Translations under genes and position numbers: made by a program
Source: Phyllosticta citribraziliensis
Lineage: Eukaryota
Direction: 5' to 3'
NCBI RefSeq assembly: GCF_038025025.1
Contig: NW_027117339.1
Coordinates: forward strand, 1,674,001 to 1,738,000
DNA length: 64,000 bases
Shown here: positions 48,921 to 61,150 of the stretch, in pieces
How positions within the stretch are numbered: position 1 is the stretch's first letter
How the letters are laid out: each line of letters begins with the position of its first letter
The notes under the pieces: generated by a model
The model's database searches: none
What the model was told of the DNA's origin: nothing
What the model saw: the letters and a program-made list of their open reading frames with translations, nothing else

Positions 48921-50354
48921 GGCCTTCCGCCGCCCAGCCTCCTGCCACCCTGGGCGGGAGGGCCAGAGCCACCAGAAGCGGTTGCGGCAGCCTTGGTCTC
49001 AGCGTCTCGCAGCTCCTGCTCCTTCTGGATGATGAAGTTCTCCTTTTCCTGGCGGATGACGCCGAGGACGCCAGTCAGGCTGTTGCGCCACATGTCGAGG
49101 CGGGAGGCGACCTCGCGCCACTGGTTCTCGCCGAAGACGCGGTAGGTGGAGCGGTGGATCAGGAAGGTCTGGCTTTGCTGGGAAAGCTTGCCTTCGACGA
49201 GACCGGCGCGGATCACGTCGATGACCCACAGCTCGACTTCCTCGGCCGGAATCTGGAGAGCCTTGGAAATGTGCGCGTACGGGAGGGAGCGGGCCTGGTT
49301 GGTGGCGGCAAGCGAGGCGAGAGTCAACAGGCGAATCTTGCGGCTCAGGGCGTCGGCGTCGAGCGACTCGTTGGCGATGAAGTCGGGGTGCTCGTCATTG
49401 AAGTCGTTGAACTCCTCGAGGTGCTCCGAGGTGAAGATTTCGAGCAGCTCAAAGTGGACGGCATCCGACTTGCGCAGGGCTTGGATGCTGTCGAGCGCCG
49501 TCAGGTCCTGGAAGTCGAAGTGCGTCGGGTGCGTGAGGGCCGTCTTGAGTGCGCGGATGGACAGGTCGCGGGCTTCCTGCGTGCTGGATTGCTCGGATGC
49601 GATGGTGCGCAGCGCGCGAATCAGGTACTGGTAGGCAAGCTCGTCCTCGCCATTGTCCTGGGCCGACTCCGAGATTGCCAAAAACAGCTTGCGCTGCGCC
49701 TCCTCTTCCACGTCCCACTGTACAATCCACGAGTCGATGTTCTTCAGCTGCTGCTTGAGGGACTCGAAGTATGAAGACGACCGCACAACACGGAGCGCAG
49801 CCAGAAACACATGATATCTGCTCTCACTGTCCACCGGGAGGATGTTGAAGATGGTGGTCAAGACCGAAAGCGCAAGACCAGAGCTGTTGCTGGGAGACGT
49901 AGTGATGGGCTTGGTCAGGTTGTTGCAGATGGGCGGGAGGTAGACATTGCTGCTAGGCGATTGCCTTACGAGGTGAATCAAAAGGTTGTATGCCGCAACG
50001 AATTCTGGATTGAGATCGCTTGTCAGCTTCTGAGACGTTTCCAAATTCCATCTTGAAGCGCTCACCCTTTTCCGGCGCAGAGTTGAGGGCTGCACTCGCC
50101 GTGACCAGCTTCTTCAGCACCTCGTCCTTCTTGTTCTCCTCCAGCAGCTGGGCGACCTCGGACTGCACCGCCGAGCTCTCCTCGCCTTGCGACTTCCTCA
50201 GGGCGTCCTAAAGTTGCAGCACCGTGTCAGAGAGCAGATTCGACACCGATTGTGCCAAGACGATATTTCGTTGTCTTACGAGGTATTGTGCGAGTTCGTC
50301 AGCGAGCTCCTCGAAGGAACCCTCAATGAGGAGGGTGTTGGTCGGCGCCGGCAT
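48830..50354 (-). CDS. eukaryotic translation initiation factor 3 subunit M (PCI domain)
   Basis: Exons 50354-50280, 50207-50066 and 50004-48830. MPAPTNTLLIEGSFEELADELAQYL, RKIRLLTLASLA, VELWVIDVIRAGLVEGKLSQ and RSTYRVFGENQW. Confidence 0.93.
48865..48920 (-). repeat. coding CAG-rich microsatellite (poly-Q) in the eIF3m tail
   Basis: (CTG)n on the + strand encodes QQQQQQQQQPQQQQQPQQP. Confidence 0.9.
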
Positions 50355-51881
50355 CGTGAGAAGTTTAGAGCGATGGGAATCGGCGTCGAGGAAAGGTTTG
50401 GGCGGGCGCGGGTCGAGGCAGAGAGGAATGTACTCGTGTGGTCGCTGCGGGCGCGTCGAGTTGTCGTCGTTGGACAGTGGGCTTTTCCGCCGAAAGGAAT
50501 CGCTTATCGATAAGCAATTTCACAAAAACACGCCAGGCTGCATGCAGAATCAAGACAATCAACAACCCTAACTGGCTTTGTTAATGCTCTGTCCAGACAT
50601 CCCGAAGTTGAAGGCAAGAGCCTCGCTGTGATATGTAGAAAGAGAAAGTAGTAAGGGAACAAAAAAAAGCGAGAGAAAAAGAAAAATGATTGTGAGCGTT
50701 TGTCATCTTTCCCAAGTCAACAGTTCTTCTCATCCTCCTACTATCGTCGAGGCAGTAAAGCTCGATGCGACGACGAGCCCAGCAAAGGCTGAGAGCATAG
50801 TGGTTGGTGTGTTTCAAGACTTAGACGGTGCTTGTTTTGTACTGTCCATACATCATTTGGCTTTTCCAACCCTCCCACAGTGGGTGTCGAAAGAAACGAG
50901 ACTCCCTAGGTCTGACTATAGATAGCTGTGAACGACTGCTTCCTAGGTGTAGCTGTAGCAGTGTATGAATGCTCCTTAGGTATAGCTAGAGTAGTAAATC
51001 ATACTTCCGGGAGTTTTGATTTCTTTCGACGCCCACTATGCTCCCGAAAAGGCAACACTAGGACGGAAATGCTTTGAAACCAGCAAAACAAGCAAACCCT
51101 TTGTCGTCCTTCCACAAATGCATTGTAAACATCCAATCCAGTCACCAACCTGTCGATCCAATTGCCCATTAAATGCGCCACAACGCCGCCCAACCAAATG
51201 ACCGACCACGCCTACCCTGCCAATCCTCTTTCCCCTGATTGCATCTTCCAGGTATATAACTTCTGTTCTGCCAAGAGCAACCGAACACCATTACTTCAGG
51301 GTATTCCCATCATTTCAAATTTCGTGCGGCCGACTGGCCATCCATTGAATTACCCTCCCTGCGTGCAGCAACGGACAAGAGGACCATTTGGGGGGGGAAG
51401 GCCCAAAAAGGAGATAACAGAGGAATTCCACAAGACCCGCCACCCACTCTTTCGTGCAGCCGTCTTCCCAGATTATTCCACCAACCCGCCCGTCTTGCCA
51501 TGATGAATGACCCAACCAGACCCGATCCATTAACCCAAAAGAAATACGATGAAGAAACACATTGGATACGCGAAAGAAATACGTGTGCGCTCTTGACAGC
51601 GCAGGTCAGAACAAGACCAGGTAGGGGCTAGGGGTAGAGAAGTGCATGCGTGCTCGTGTCCCTGCCTGTCCAAACCGAAGCCGGTGCAAAGGCGGACGAC
51701 TAGTCGAGACAAAGAGTCAAGTCTCCTGCCGTGTGCGATACGGCTACACGGAGGTCGCTTGCCACTTCGTTCCAGTGATGGAAATGGCTTGTCGCTAGCC
51801 ATATATCCGACACTGAAATCGAACATCTCCTTGTATGCACCCTCACTCGGGTTTGGAACAACCGCAACCAAGTCGGTGCCA

Positions 51882-54800
51882 TCAGAATATCCGCCTGTTC
51901 CCACTTCCCGTCCCAAATGGACCACCACCCTCTTCACTCCTCATCAGCCTCCCACTGGCGCTCACTCTCTTTTGAAGCTTGCCATCACGCTCTCTACTCC
52001 GCTCGGGCGGTGATCCACCTCCCGCAATTTGGGGCAATGCAGTCAGCGTGTCGCCTCCAGCACCAAAGCCAACACCACCTGCTCCTCTGCCTGAAGATGC
52101 GATACCCATTCCACTACTGGTGCTGAAGCTGCCCTCGCCAATGTCGCTGTTGGCGCCCCCGTGAGCACTAGTCGTGCTTGTGCCGGCGGAGGTGCCGTTT
52201 TGGCCGTGACGAGTCCGGCCCGTGAGCTGTTCTTCTTTTTGCTCCAAATAACATCGTGCGGCAACAGTGAGCGGGAATGGCGATGGGGTTGTTGGGAGCT
52301 CGGCGCCATTTTGGATCAGAAGCTCTGCAACGGGGAATGGTTTGCGAAGACCGGGCGGTGCTGGTGGGGCATGTGTCGGTTGTGGCGGTGGCGATTGGCC
52401 TGGTGATGAGGCCGGTGATACGACACGTGGAGAGGCAGCGGCCGATGGTGACGCTGGATCCGCCGCGGATAGGGCCAGATATACGAGAGGCGTTTTGCGA
52501 GATTTGTCCGTTGCATTTGGGTTTGCCTTGAGGGCGAGGGCATACAAGACATTCTGAATGTCGTTCTTCTTAACAGACGCGATTAAAGTTTCCTCTGGAG
52601 TAGAGTAATGAGAGAGTGTGGCGGATATCGGTTGGACGAAAGCTCGGTCAGCATATTTTTGGTTGATAAACTTGAGCCTCTGCTCTCGAGACGACATGGG
52701 TACAGGCTTGTTGGCTCGGTTCAGAGTGGCTTCCCAAATCATGTTGCTCACTCGGTTGCCAATCTTGAACAGTAACTCGATGATATCGGGAGTGAAAGAG
52801 TGGACATCCAGCGTGAGAGAGCGGACTTTGGAAATGTGTGTGCCCAATGATCTGTGGATGCCACTGCATTCAATGCAGACGACAATACCAAGGTTGATCG
52901 AAACCCAATCGACTTTGCTCTCTGATCCGCAGTCCGCACAGTATTTGTTACCGGCGTCAGCTTCACGGATCTGTTCCAGCAATCTGTTAGATTCTCCCGA
53001 GGGCTCAGGGCTGCGGTAAGACGGCCTGTCACCCACGGTAGCATGACGAGCTACAGGCTTGTCCTTTCTGTCGCCTGCTGAGCCGCGATGACCGGATAAG
53101 GATGAGCTTTTTCCAGTCAAAACAGAGGCAATGTCTCTGCGAGTTGAACGATCCAGCGATTCGGTAGCTGCAGGATCAGAGATGCCCTTGCTCTCAACAG
53201 CACTTTGGAGAGCATTGTTGATGGCGTTGATCCAGGTCCTAAGGTCTTCCTCACTGGTTGTCTGGTACACTCGAGTAAACTGGGGCGTGATGACCTCGAA
53301 ACAGAACCGCCTCTCTGAGTTTCGTGCCTCCCGTACTGACGCAACCCGCAGGTCGATTGGTGTCATGTGCAGATTCATCTTGTTTTTCCAGTCCGAATAC
53401 TCGGATAACTTTCCTTCGCCAACGGTAATCCAAAATCTGTGACTCTATTAGCTGCCATGGGATTTCAAAGTTAGCTACCAGGTTCTTACTTGTGCCACGC
53501 TTGCTTGTTCAGTCCTTTGGGATCAAGATGGCTTCCCGGTCTGCTCAGAGCCCACAGGAGACCTTCCTTGTGAGGCGGATGTTTGTTGTCGCCACCATCA
53601 ACTGCCACCTTGTCTTCGAGATCTCGAATACCCTTGAACTTGTTCGCGCCCGGACTACCCCCCTGAGCGGGCAGACCAGATATCCCAGGTTGCAGTCCTG
53701 GAGTTTGTGGGACATTTGCCGTCCCCGGTGGTGATCCCACACTTGGCACGACGCTCACTGTACTCTTGAACAACGGTGCGCCACTGGATGGTTGCACACC
53801 ATTCTGCTCTGGTGATGCCGCCCCGCCATGAGCTTGGGCTAGCAGCGCAGCTGTGGCCTCTGGCTCCTTGTACGCCGTGCCGCTCTTTTCAAGTGCTCTG
53901 CGCTTCTCTTCTCGTTCGGCCCTTTGGAGTTGGAATTCCTTGTCGGCTTCCTTCACCTCCAGTGACAAAGCGTCAAGCTGCGGCATCATTGATCTGACCT
54001 TGTCGGCTGCGGCCATGAAACCCTTGGCCTGCGCGTCTGCGTATCTTGTGAGGTACGAAAGAACCTCCTGATTCTTTCTTCCACCATTGAGATCCTGTAT
54101 GTACGAAGAGTAGTCGAAGCGTTTCAGCTCGAAATTCCTTCGCTTGGTTTGGTACTTGGAGTCGGTTTCGGTCCGCCTTTTCTCCTTCATCGAGTCTTGT
54201 CGTTGCCCCAAATAGCGGCTGACATATGCGTAGTACTCCTTGCTTTCTTCTTCAAAATCCTTCTTCTTCGACTCTGCTTGTTTGATATCCACATTGTAGA
54301 GCTTAGAAATGGGGTCAATGATGAGTTTTTGAACATTGATCGTGTTCAGCTTCTCATAGGCCAAGATCTCGCGGGCAATCTTGTCAAAGTAGTGGTCGAT
54401 GGCCGGCTGCACCGAATTCGTGTTCGGTTTTGAAGTGTCTTTGAGAGCATCGATCATCTCAGATACAGCAGTGTTGCAAGCAATCTGAGCCTCCAAAGTC
54501 GCTTCCGCCCTCTTCAGAACTTTCTTCCATTTTGTGCGCATATCCAGTGTGTTTTTCTCGTAGTTTTTCAAGTTTGCGCGAAATACTGGTCCATCGTCGA
54601 GCGCGCTTATGTCTTCGCCTGGTCGCTGACAGGAAAGATCGACCTTGACAGGATTCGCGATGGTCGCGGAGCTGGCCGTGCTGTATGTTGCGTGAGAAGG
54701 TACGAGCCCAAGGCTGTGTTCCGGAATCGATTCGATCATCGGCGAAGCTGGATCTCTGACTTCCTTAAAGTCGCCGCCGCCATCAGAATCGCTGACGCGC

Positions 54801-55669
54801 GAATCCATTGACTGCGCCGAAGGGACCCTCAGTCTGGGCGGGACGGCGAGCTCAAGGTGCGGAGACGGGAATTTTGGACTACCGAGAACTTTCGGGGCGC
54901 TCTGAACCCAAAATGAGAAGTTGGCAAGAGTATCCAACCGATGCGCTCGCGGGTCGTATTCCACAAAACTGCAGCTGCTGCGCCATCCACCTCCTCGGTC
55001 TTCCATTGTACGCGGTGGCGTCCATTTCCACGACCATTGAAACTGAACCGATGGATTGCCGGCCGTTGAGTAGTCGCCCACCAGCTCTACGTTTGGGTTC
55101 TTGTGCAGGTTCGGATCTGCATGAAACTCTCGTGTGACCAAATTGTCCAGCTCCCTGGAGCTTGGTGCGAATGCAAAAGTGAGACCGTTGATCACGGTGT
55201 CCACAGGCGCAAGAGTGGTGACGGGCACGTTCGGGGCGGTTGAGACAAGGCCTTGAGTCTGTCTCACGACGAATGTAAAATTAAAAAATAGGTCCTCGTC
55301 GTTTGCGAGGCGGATGAGAAAGTTTGGAGGTGCAGAAGGATTGGTCTCCGGGTCCTGCAAGTGTCGGCTGGTCAATACCGATGCCTTCTTTGACGGCGCA
55401 AGCGCTGGCCCTTACCTGGACGTATTCCACCGGGGCATCATCGCCAGCTTCTCTTTTGGCCAAATACCGAGTTGCGGGGAAACTATTGGGCGTGACGTTC
55501 AAGAGGACGCGATTGCGCGAATTGGTGATTTGCAGTCCTGCGATCGAAACTAATGGGGCCTGGTCAGCGTTGTTATTGGGTCGCAGGAGGAGTTCGAGAG
55601 CTCACAGCGGTTCTGATCGCGCAGGTACAGAGGGTCACCCTCGCCCTGCCTGCTTCCGACGTTGCCCAT
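51882..55669 (-). CDS. BAR-PH-ArfGAP protein (centaurin/ACAP-like; Cnt6/Age1 type)
   Basis: Exons 55669-55606, 55549-55416, 55354-53490 and 53436-51882. N-terminal MGNVGS, BAR region (DDGPVFRA..FELKRFDY), PH (KEGLLW..WHKFWI..RRFCFEVITP) and ArfGAP zinc finger CADC-x16-CIECSGIHRSLGTHISKVRSLTLD. Confidence 0.93.
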
Positions 55670-56743
55670 GCCTGACGAGGCTGGCAGGACGCCAGCGAGG
55701 GAAAAGTGGCGATGGACGTCGTGAATGAAGGCGCGTCAAGGTAGTAGAGGCCGCGAAGTGTACAGGCGGGGAGGGAGAGACGGGGCGCGGGCGGAGATGG
55801 GATGTAGTTCGGCTCAAGACAGACCCTGAAACTGGGTCGGCGGGCTGCTCTTGCGAAGGCGTACGACGGGCGGAGCTTGGATGAGGGGGGACGCGGAGGC
55901 TGAAGAGATGGGGCGCGGTCTCGGGGGCTTCGAGGTGCGAATGGATGCTCTGGATATTGACTGGTGACTAAAGTGTTTACCGGCGTCGAGGAGTTTGAGG
56001 GTTGGTGGTTGGATTGAAGCGCAGCTGCACTGGCGAGTGGAGGAGCCGGTGGTGCAGTTGGTGCGTCGTGCCGATGCGGTGCGGTGCAGCTCAGGTGGGA
56101 AGGCCTCAGGTCCGTCCGCTAGCAGCAATGACCAACACCACCAACTCAAGGCAAGACATCCATGGGGACGCGGACTACAGGCGCACGGCACACAACCTAC
56201 ATTTTGATCACGCAACAGGCACACATCAGATGGCCCCAACAGATGTCTTCTTCAACGACGCGACCAGCTACACGTGAACGGCCGGCCCGTTTGGCTTGTT
56301 GACGGGCTCGTGGTCTAACGCGCCACCAGACGGCGCCTCAATGACTCTCGATTGACTGGCTTACCCTTGGCTTTTCTTGCATCTATTTGTTGTTCTCGCG
56401 CAAACGGCTCCCAACAACCGCCGTGATAGAACGCCGAGTCATAGTCCAAGAGCATAAAGACTTGCTTGGGTGAGGCGGTCGCACCGAGGCTTGAGTAACC
56501 AACAGCCGTGTCAGCGCATCCAGGTCCAACACTTCTCGCCATGTGGGATCATGCTGGTCGGCAACACTCGAGACGCAAACATCATTTTATTTGTCGAAGC
56601 AACAACCTGGTTTTGCTGGCTATCACGACTCCAACACCACGGCGCAAACGCCAACACGACGCCGTTCCCAGCCCACAAACTTCCGAACAAGGACCGTCGT
56701 GGAGTCGTGTCAGACTCAGTCAACAAGCTTCGCTTATCGCAAA

Positions 56744-57894
56744 TCACAGCTCGTCCTCCTCCCCGATCTCCGCCCCGGCCTGCCAACCTTTCCAGTTCCA
56801 AGGATCCCCGCCAGGCACGCAGAGTCCTAGGCGCCAAAAGTAGTCTCGGTGTGCCCAGAAGAGCTGCCAGAGCTTGAATCGGGCCGGGATCCATGCACGC
56901 GGATCATCCCCCGCAATGCACTCGTCGTCCTCGTCGCCAGAGCAGTAGTGGACATCACCAACACTGGGTGGCAAGTCTGGCTTGCCAATGAAGATTTCCC
57001 CACCGTGCATGCGGTAGCCCCATTCTTCAACGGGCAGCAGGGGCACTGGATCACCCATGTGCGTCACCCGGCGGAACTTGCTCTCCGTCGCATTCATGTT
57101 AGCCGTCAGATTGAACCGCTTGTCAATGTACTGTGCGAGCTCGTGGTTGCCAACGCGTGGCTCTCCGAACGTAGTGACGTGTGGATCCCATCCTCGGCTT
57201 TTGAAATCCAACGCAGCGAGCGCGGCAACAGCGCCGCCCAGGGAATGGCCCACCAACGTGAGTTTGTAGTGAGGGTACATTTCAGTGGCCAAGAGAACAT
57301 GGTTGAGGATCTGGTCGCGCGTATTTATCCAGGACTTGTAAAAGCCGCTGTGCACGGCACAATTGTCACACCTAGGCGGCTTGACATTGGGCGAATCATC
57401 GTCTCCAGGATAGGGCACGTATTCTTGTGGGATGGTTGACAAGTCGACGATGGTGTTGGTCAGCGAGTACGTCCCGCGAAACGCGATGATGACGCGCGGT
57501 TCAGGCCTATGGGACAGGGCAATGAAGCCACAGGAGTCGGAGAGCAAGGGTCCGGTATTCCAAGCCTAGCAAGCAGTGAGACTCGGCCATGAAACGAAGG
57601 CGAGAGCATGGAACGCACCGTGATGAGTTCGAATCCGGGAAACTCATTGCAACGACTGGCGCATTTGAAAGGCTTCGATATTCCGAGGCCCGTGAGGCCG
57701 ACGCAGTAGGTGATGTCGACTATGCGCGCAAGCTCCTCGAGCTCAGCAAAGAGCGAGGCGGAGACTGTGCGATTTCGAGGGCCGCTCGCGGACGATGCCA
57801 AGGGCAGGGGAGCTTGGGGCTGGTCGAGGGCGAAACCGAAAGCAGCGAGACTCAGACAAAGGAGGACGACGCAGATTCGCTGGAGCAGGCGCAT
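56744..57894 (-). CDS. class-3 lipase (alpha/beta hydrolase) with signal peptide
   Basis: Exons 57894-57619 and 57565-56744. Signal peptide MRLLQRICVVLLCLSLAAFGFA, IAFRGT, VHSGF, nucleophile GHSLG, TFGEPRVGN, DPVPLLP and WAHRDYF. Confidence 0.93.
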
Positions 57895-58595
57895 GGCTGT
57901 CGCGAGGGTTGCATACTCGGAGGGAGAGAAGATACCTAGGTATGTATGTATTAGAAGGGCGTGGCTGACGATGGTGATTGTTTGCAAGCGCTGTGGATGG
58001 TGAATGGGAGCGGGAGGAGCGACGATCATAAGCGGAGTTGTTGTGGGCCAAGCCAGCCAAGAGGGAAATTCCAAGTCGTGGCCGTTGTTGACGTCGAGGG
58101 ATCTGGATTCTCCATTTTCTGCACTCGGGCCTTGCACGTCGCAGAGAGACGCTGCTGCGAATAGACGCTGCCACCTCAGGCGTTGCTAGGAGGCACGGGC
58201 GTATATCAACCCTCCGGTGCACCGTACCAAGCCTTGCCTGGGCAGAGGCTTCTGATCGGGACGGATCGCATCGCTTTGGTCGGGTCCGGTGTCTGAGCGG
58301 AACCCGACCGGGATGCTCGGCGTCGACGTCATGCGGCGGCCCACCTCACCCACCGCACCCATAAGCCCAAACATCAACCCGCCGTCAGCACACGTTCACG
58401 CAGGTTTAACTTTAGTCTCCGTTCACCTCGCAACCGTCTCTTCTTCTTCCTCACACGACCAACGCCCGAATTCTCCAATTCCCATCCGCCGCTTCTCCAT
58501 GCTGCTGTCCTAATCCTCGCCCACTCTGACAGCCTCTTTCGACTTTTCCTCCTTTGACCACTGCGTCATCACCACCCCCGGTCATCCCTGCCGAC

Positions 58596-59805
58596 ATGTC
58601 CGCCAACGAACCTATAGCGCACACCGACTATGCCCGCGCTGAAGAAGGCCGCGCAGGAAGTCAAGACCGTCGAACTAGCTTGCCTCCTCACGATCCCACC
58701 GGCTCAATCGCAGGCCTTCTCCAAGTCCCCGACCAGACCACCAGGCCAAACGACCCCACCGCCAGCAATCCCCACGGGACCTCATCCGCTCCACCTAGCC
58801 GTCCGCCCTCCGCCGGTGGTCGTCCTCCGTCTGCAATCAATGCCCCGACCCAAGTCCGCTACGAAGACCCAGATTTCACGCACCCGCCAGACCTCAATTA
58901 CTCGTTGCGGACACGCAAGAAGAGCATTGCGCTGTTCTGGTCGCTCATCGTCATAGACTGCATCTTCACGCCCATCGCCCTCTACTTCGGCCTGTGGTAC
59001 GGCACCAACCTGTCGCACAACGCCGTCTTCAGTATCAGTACCGGCACGCTCGGCTCCGTTTCCATTTTCGAATACTTTCTGCGGTTCCACCGGCTATGGA
59101 AGAAGGGCAGCACATGCCGGGTGATTGGCGCAAGACGTTTCTACGTAAGATCCAACCATTTCTACACCTCACCTCAAGTATGCTGACGCGGCGCAGCTGG
59201 ACTGGTTCCACTGGAACCTCTCTGTTGCCTGGATTGCCGTCATGATTGAGCTCATCGTCGGCACTGTCCCCAAAGAGCCCCCCATCCGACTGCTTGCAAT
59301 GCCCGTGGCGAGCATGTGCTTTGCCTTTGGCGTCGAACTGCTCATCATGGATGCTATGCGCCTTGCCGGTTACAAAGCACCCATGCGCATCTCGTCGCTT
59401 CCCGTTGGATCCCCTCTGCGGCCGGGCATCTACTCCATCATTGAAGATGTCGTGGCTGTCGATGGTGGCGGTGGCACCGAGTTCCGACAGCGCCTCAACC
59501 TGCGATACATGGCTAGCCACAAGTTCCGACAGATGCTGCACCGACTGACGCTGTTCTGGGCCTTTGGATCTTGCGCCATTGCAGTTGTGACGACCGTCTT
59601 GATTTTCACCATCCAAAGGGACGCAGCCTACGTGGTGAGTATCTCAAATCCAACATGTGGGACGCTCAGACTAACCCTACATCAGGTCGGCTGGACTGTC
59701 CCATTCATTTGGGCCGGCGTTTGGGCCTGGGTCACCATCATCTGGGTGCAGAAGAGCCTCAAAGACGAATACGCCACCTGGTCCGAGGTCAAGTGGAAGG
59801 CGTAA
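58596..59805 (+). CDS. multi-pass membrane protein of unknown function
   Basis: Exons 58596-59144, 59197-59634 and 59686-59805. Disordered Pro-rich N-terminus, about 6 hydrophobic segments, and the loop motif IEDVVAVDGGGGTEFR. Confidence 0.85.
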
Positions 59806-61150
59806 CTGCCACACCCAAAAGTCCTTGCAATGCGCTCGAACTCGAACTCGAGTTGGAAAATGCGTCGTCCTCTTTCCCGCCAAAAATTTGCGACACGGTT
59901 TTTGCGTCGGGCACTGCATATATTAATATTTTCCTTTCCGTCCTTTATGTCTTTGTATGACTAGAACGCTACGTTTTGACGACCAGGATTCCCTCTCACT
60001 CCAATACCCCCACCAAGAGCCTCCACATGGCGACGCGTATCGAGATGAGACGAGACTGAATGAATGGGAGGTAGCCCTTTTTGCGCATTTCATATTTCCT
60101 AGTGCGTTTCGGTGGAGAAAGACCGAAGTCGGGCATTTTTCTTGTCTCATGATACCACACGGAGAATCGGAGCAGCGGTGCAGCGTGGTGGCGCGACGCG
60201 AGACTGTCGGCGGAAGATGACATCGAATCGACGAGAATGACGAAGCAAGAAAAACGAAAAATCATCAAGAAAGCATCCAAGCTTCGCGGATCCACCCCTC
60301 TCTCTCTCCCACTCTTCAACCTACCTACCACGTCGCTCGGGGCCAAAATGTCCGAAGGCGCCCCGGCAAGGGGCGGGATGGCGCGGCTTGACGCGGGACG
60401 GGGACGGAGACGGGACGGCGCTCTTTCCGAGCGGACGGGAGGGAGCAGGAGGGACGAGAGTGGAGGGGGACCGCGTAAAAGAAGAAGCGGTGAATCGCAA
60501 CGGGATGCGGGCTGAAATATGAGGCTAGATTGCGCGTGTGAATCGGGCCAAACAAAAATGAAGTGGAGAGGATCCAGGAGCACGGAATGTAAAGTAGGGT
60601 AGTGTCTACTGATCAGGTCGTGTATGATAGACAGAGCACTCCGTGCGTATCGTCGTGGAGAACTGGGAGACGAGAGAGCGATTGCTTTTTCGTCGTTCAT
60701 GATGACACTGCTGATTCCCATCCAATACTGTGCGCACTTCCATTCTTGCTGAGCACATTGGCATGCTGACTCGCGGGCCAACTCACTGACGGACCGACTC
60801 ACTGCCACCTCACAATTTATAGAGGAGCTCTTCCAAGTGTATTACTATTCTTTTGCTACTGCTACATATATGCATGCATGCATCCAAAGTGTGAGTGAGG
60901 ACTATGAGATGAGTGGTGAGGGTTGAAAACCCCAGTCGACTTGCCAGTGTTTGCTCCATGAACGCCCATTTTTGTGCTTGCTTGCGCCGCTACCCTCTTT
61001 CCTACCTACCGTGTCATGATGCATTCTTTTCCACATGCCTATCCAGCTTGGGAACTACCTCTCAAAGGGGGTATCGCCAAAAGAAGAAACGCACATGCAT
61101 GCATGCGGCTAACCAAAACTAGGAGAAAGACAGATAGAAAAACACCCTTT

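Noticed and set aside
51495..51600. ATGATGA box-C-like motif (also ~20302 and ~41307)
   Set aside because: No suitably placed box D with a terminal stem or recognisable rRNA guide.
60866..61107. Two (ATGC)n palindromic runs between convergent genes
   Set aside because: Simple short repeats. There is no TIR/TSD structure to support a MITE.
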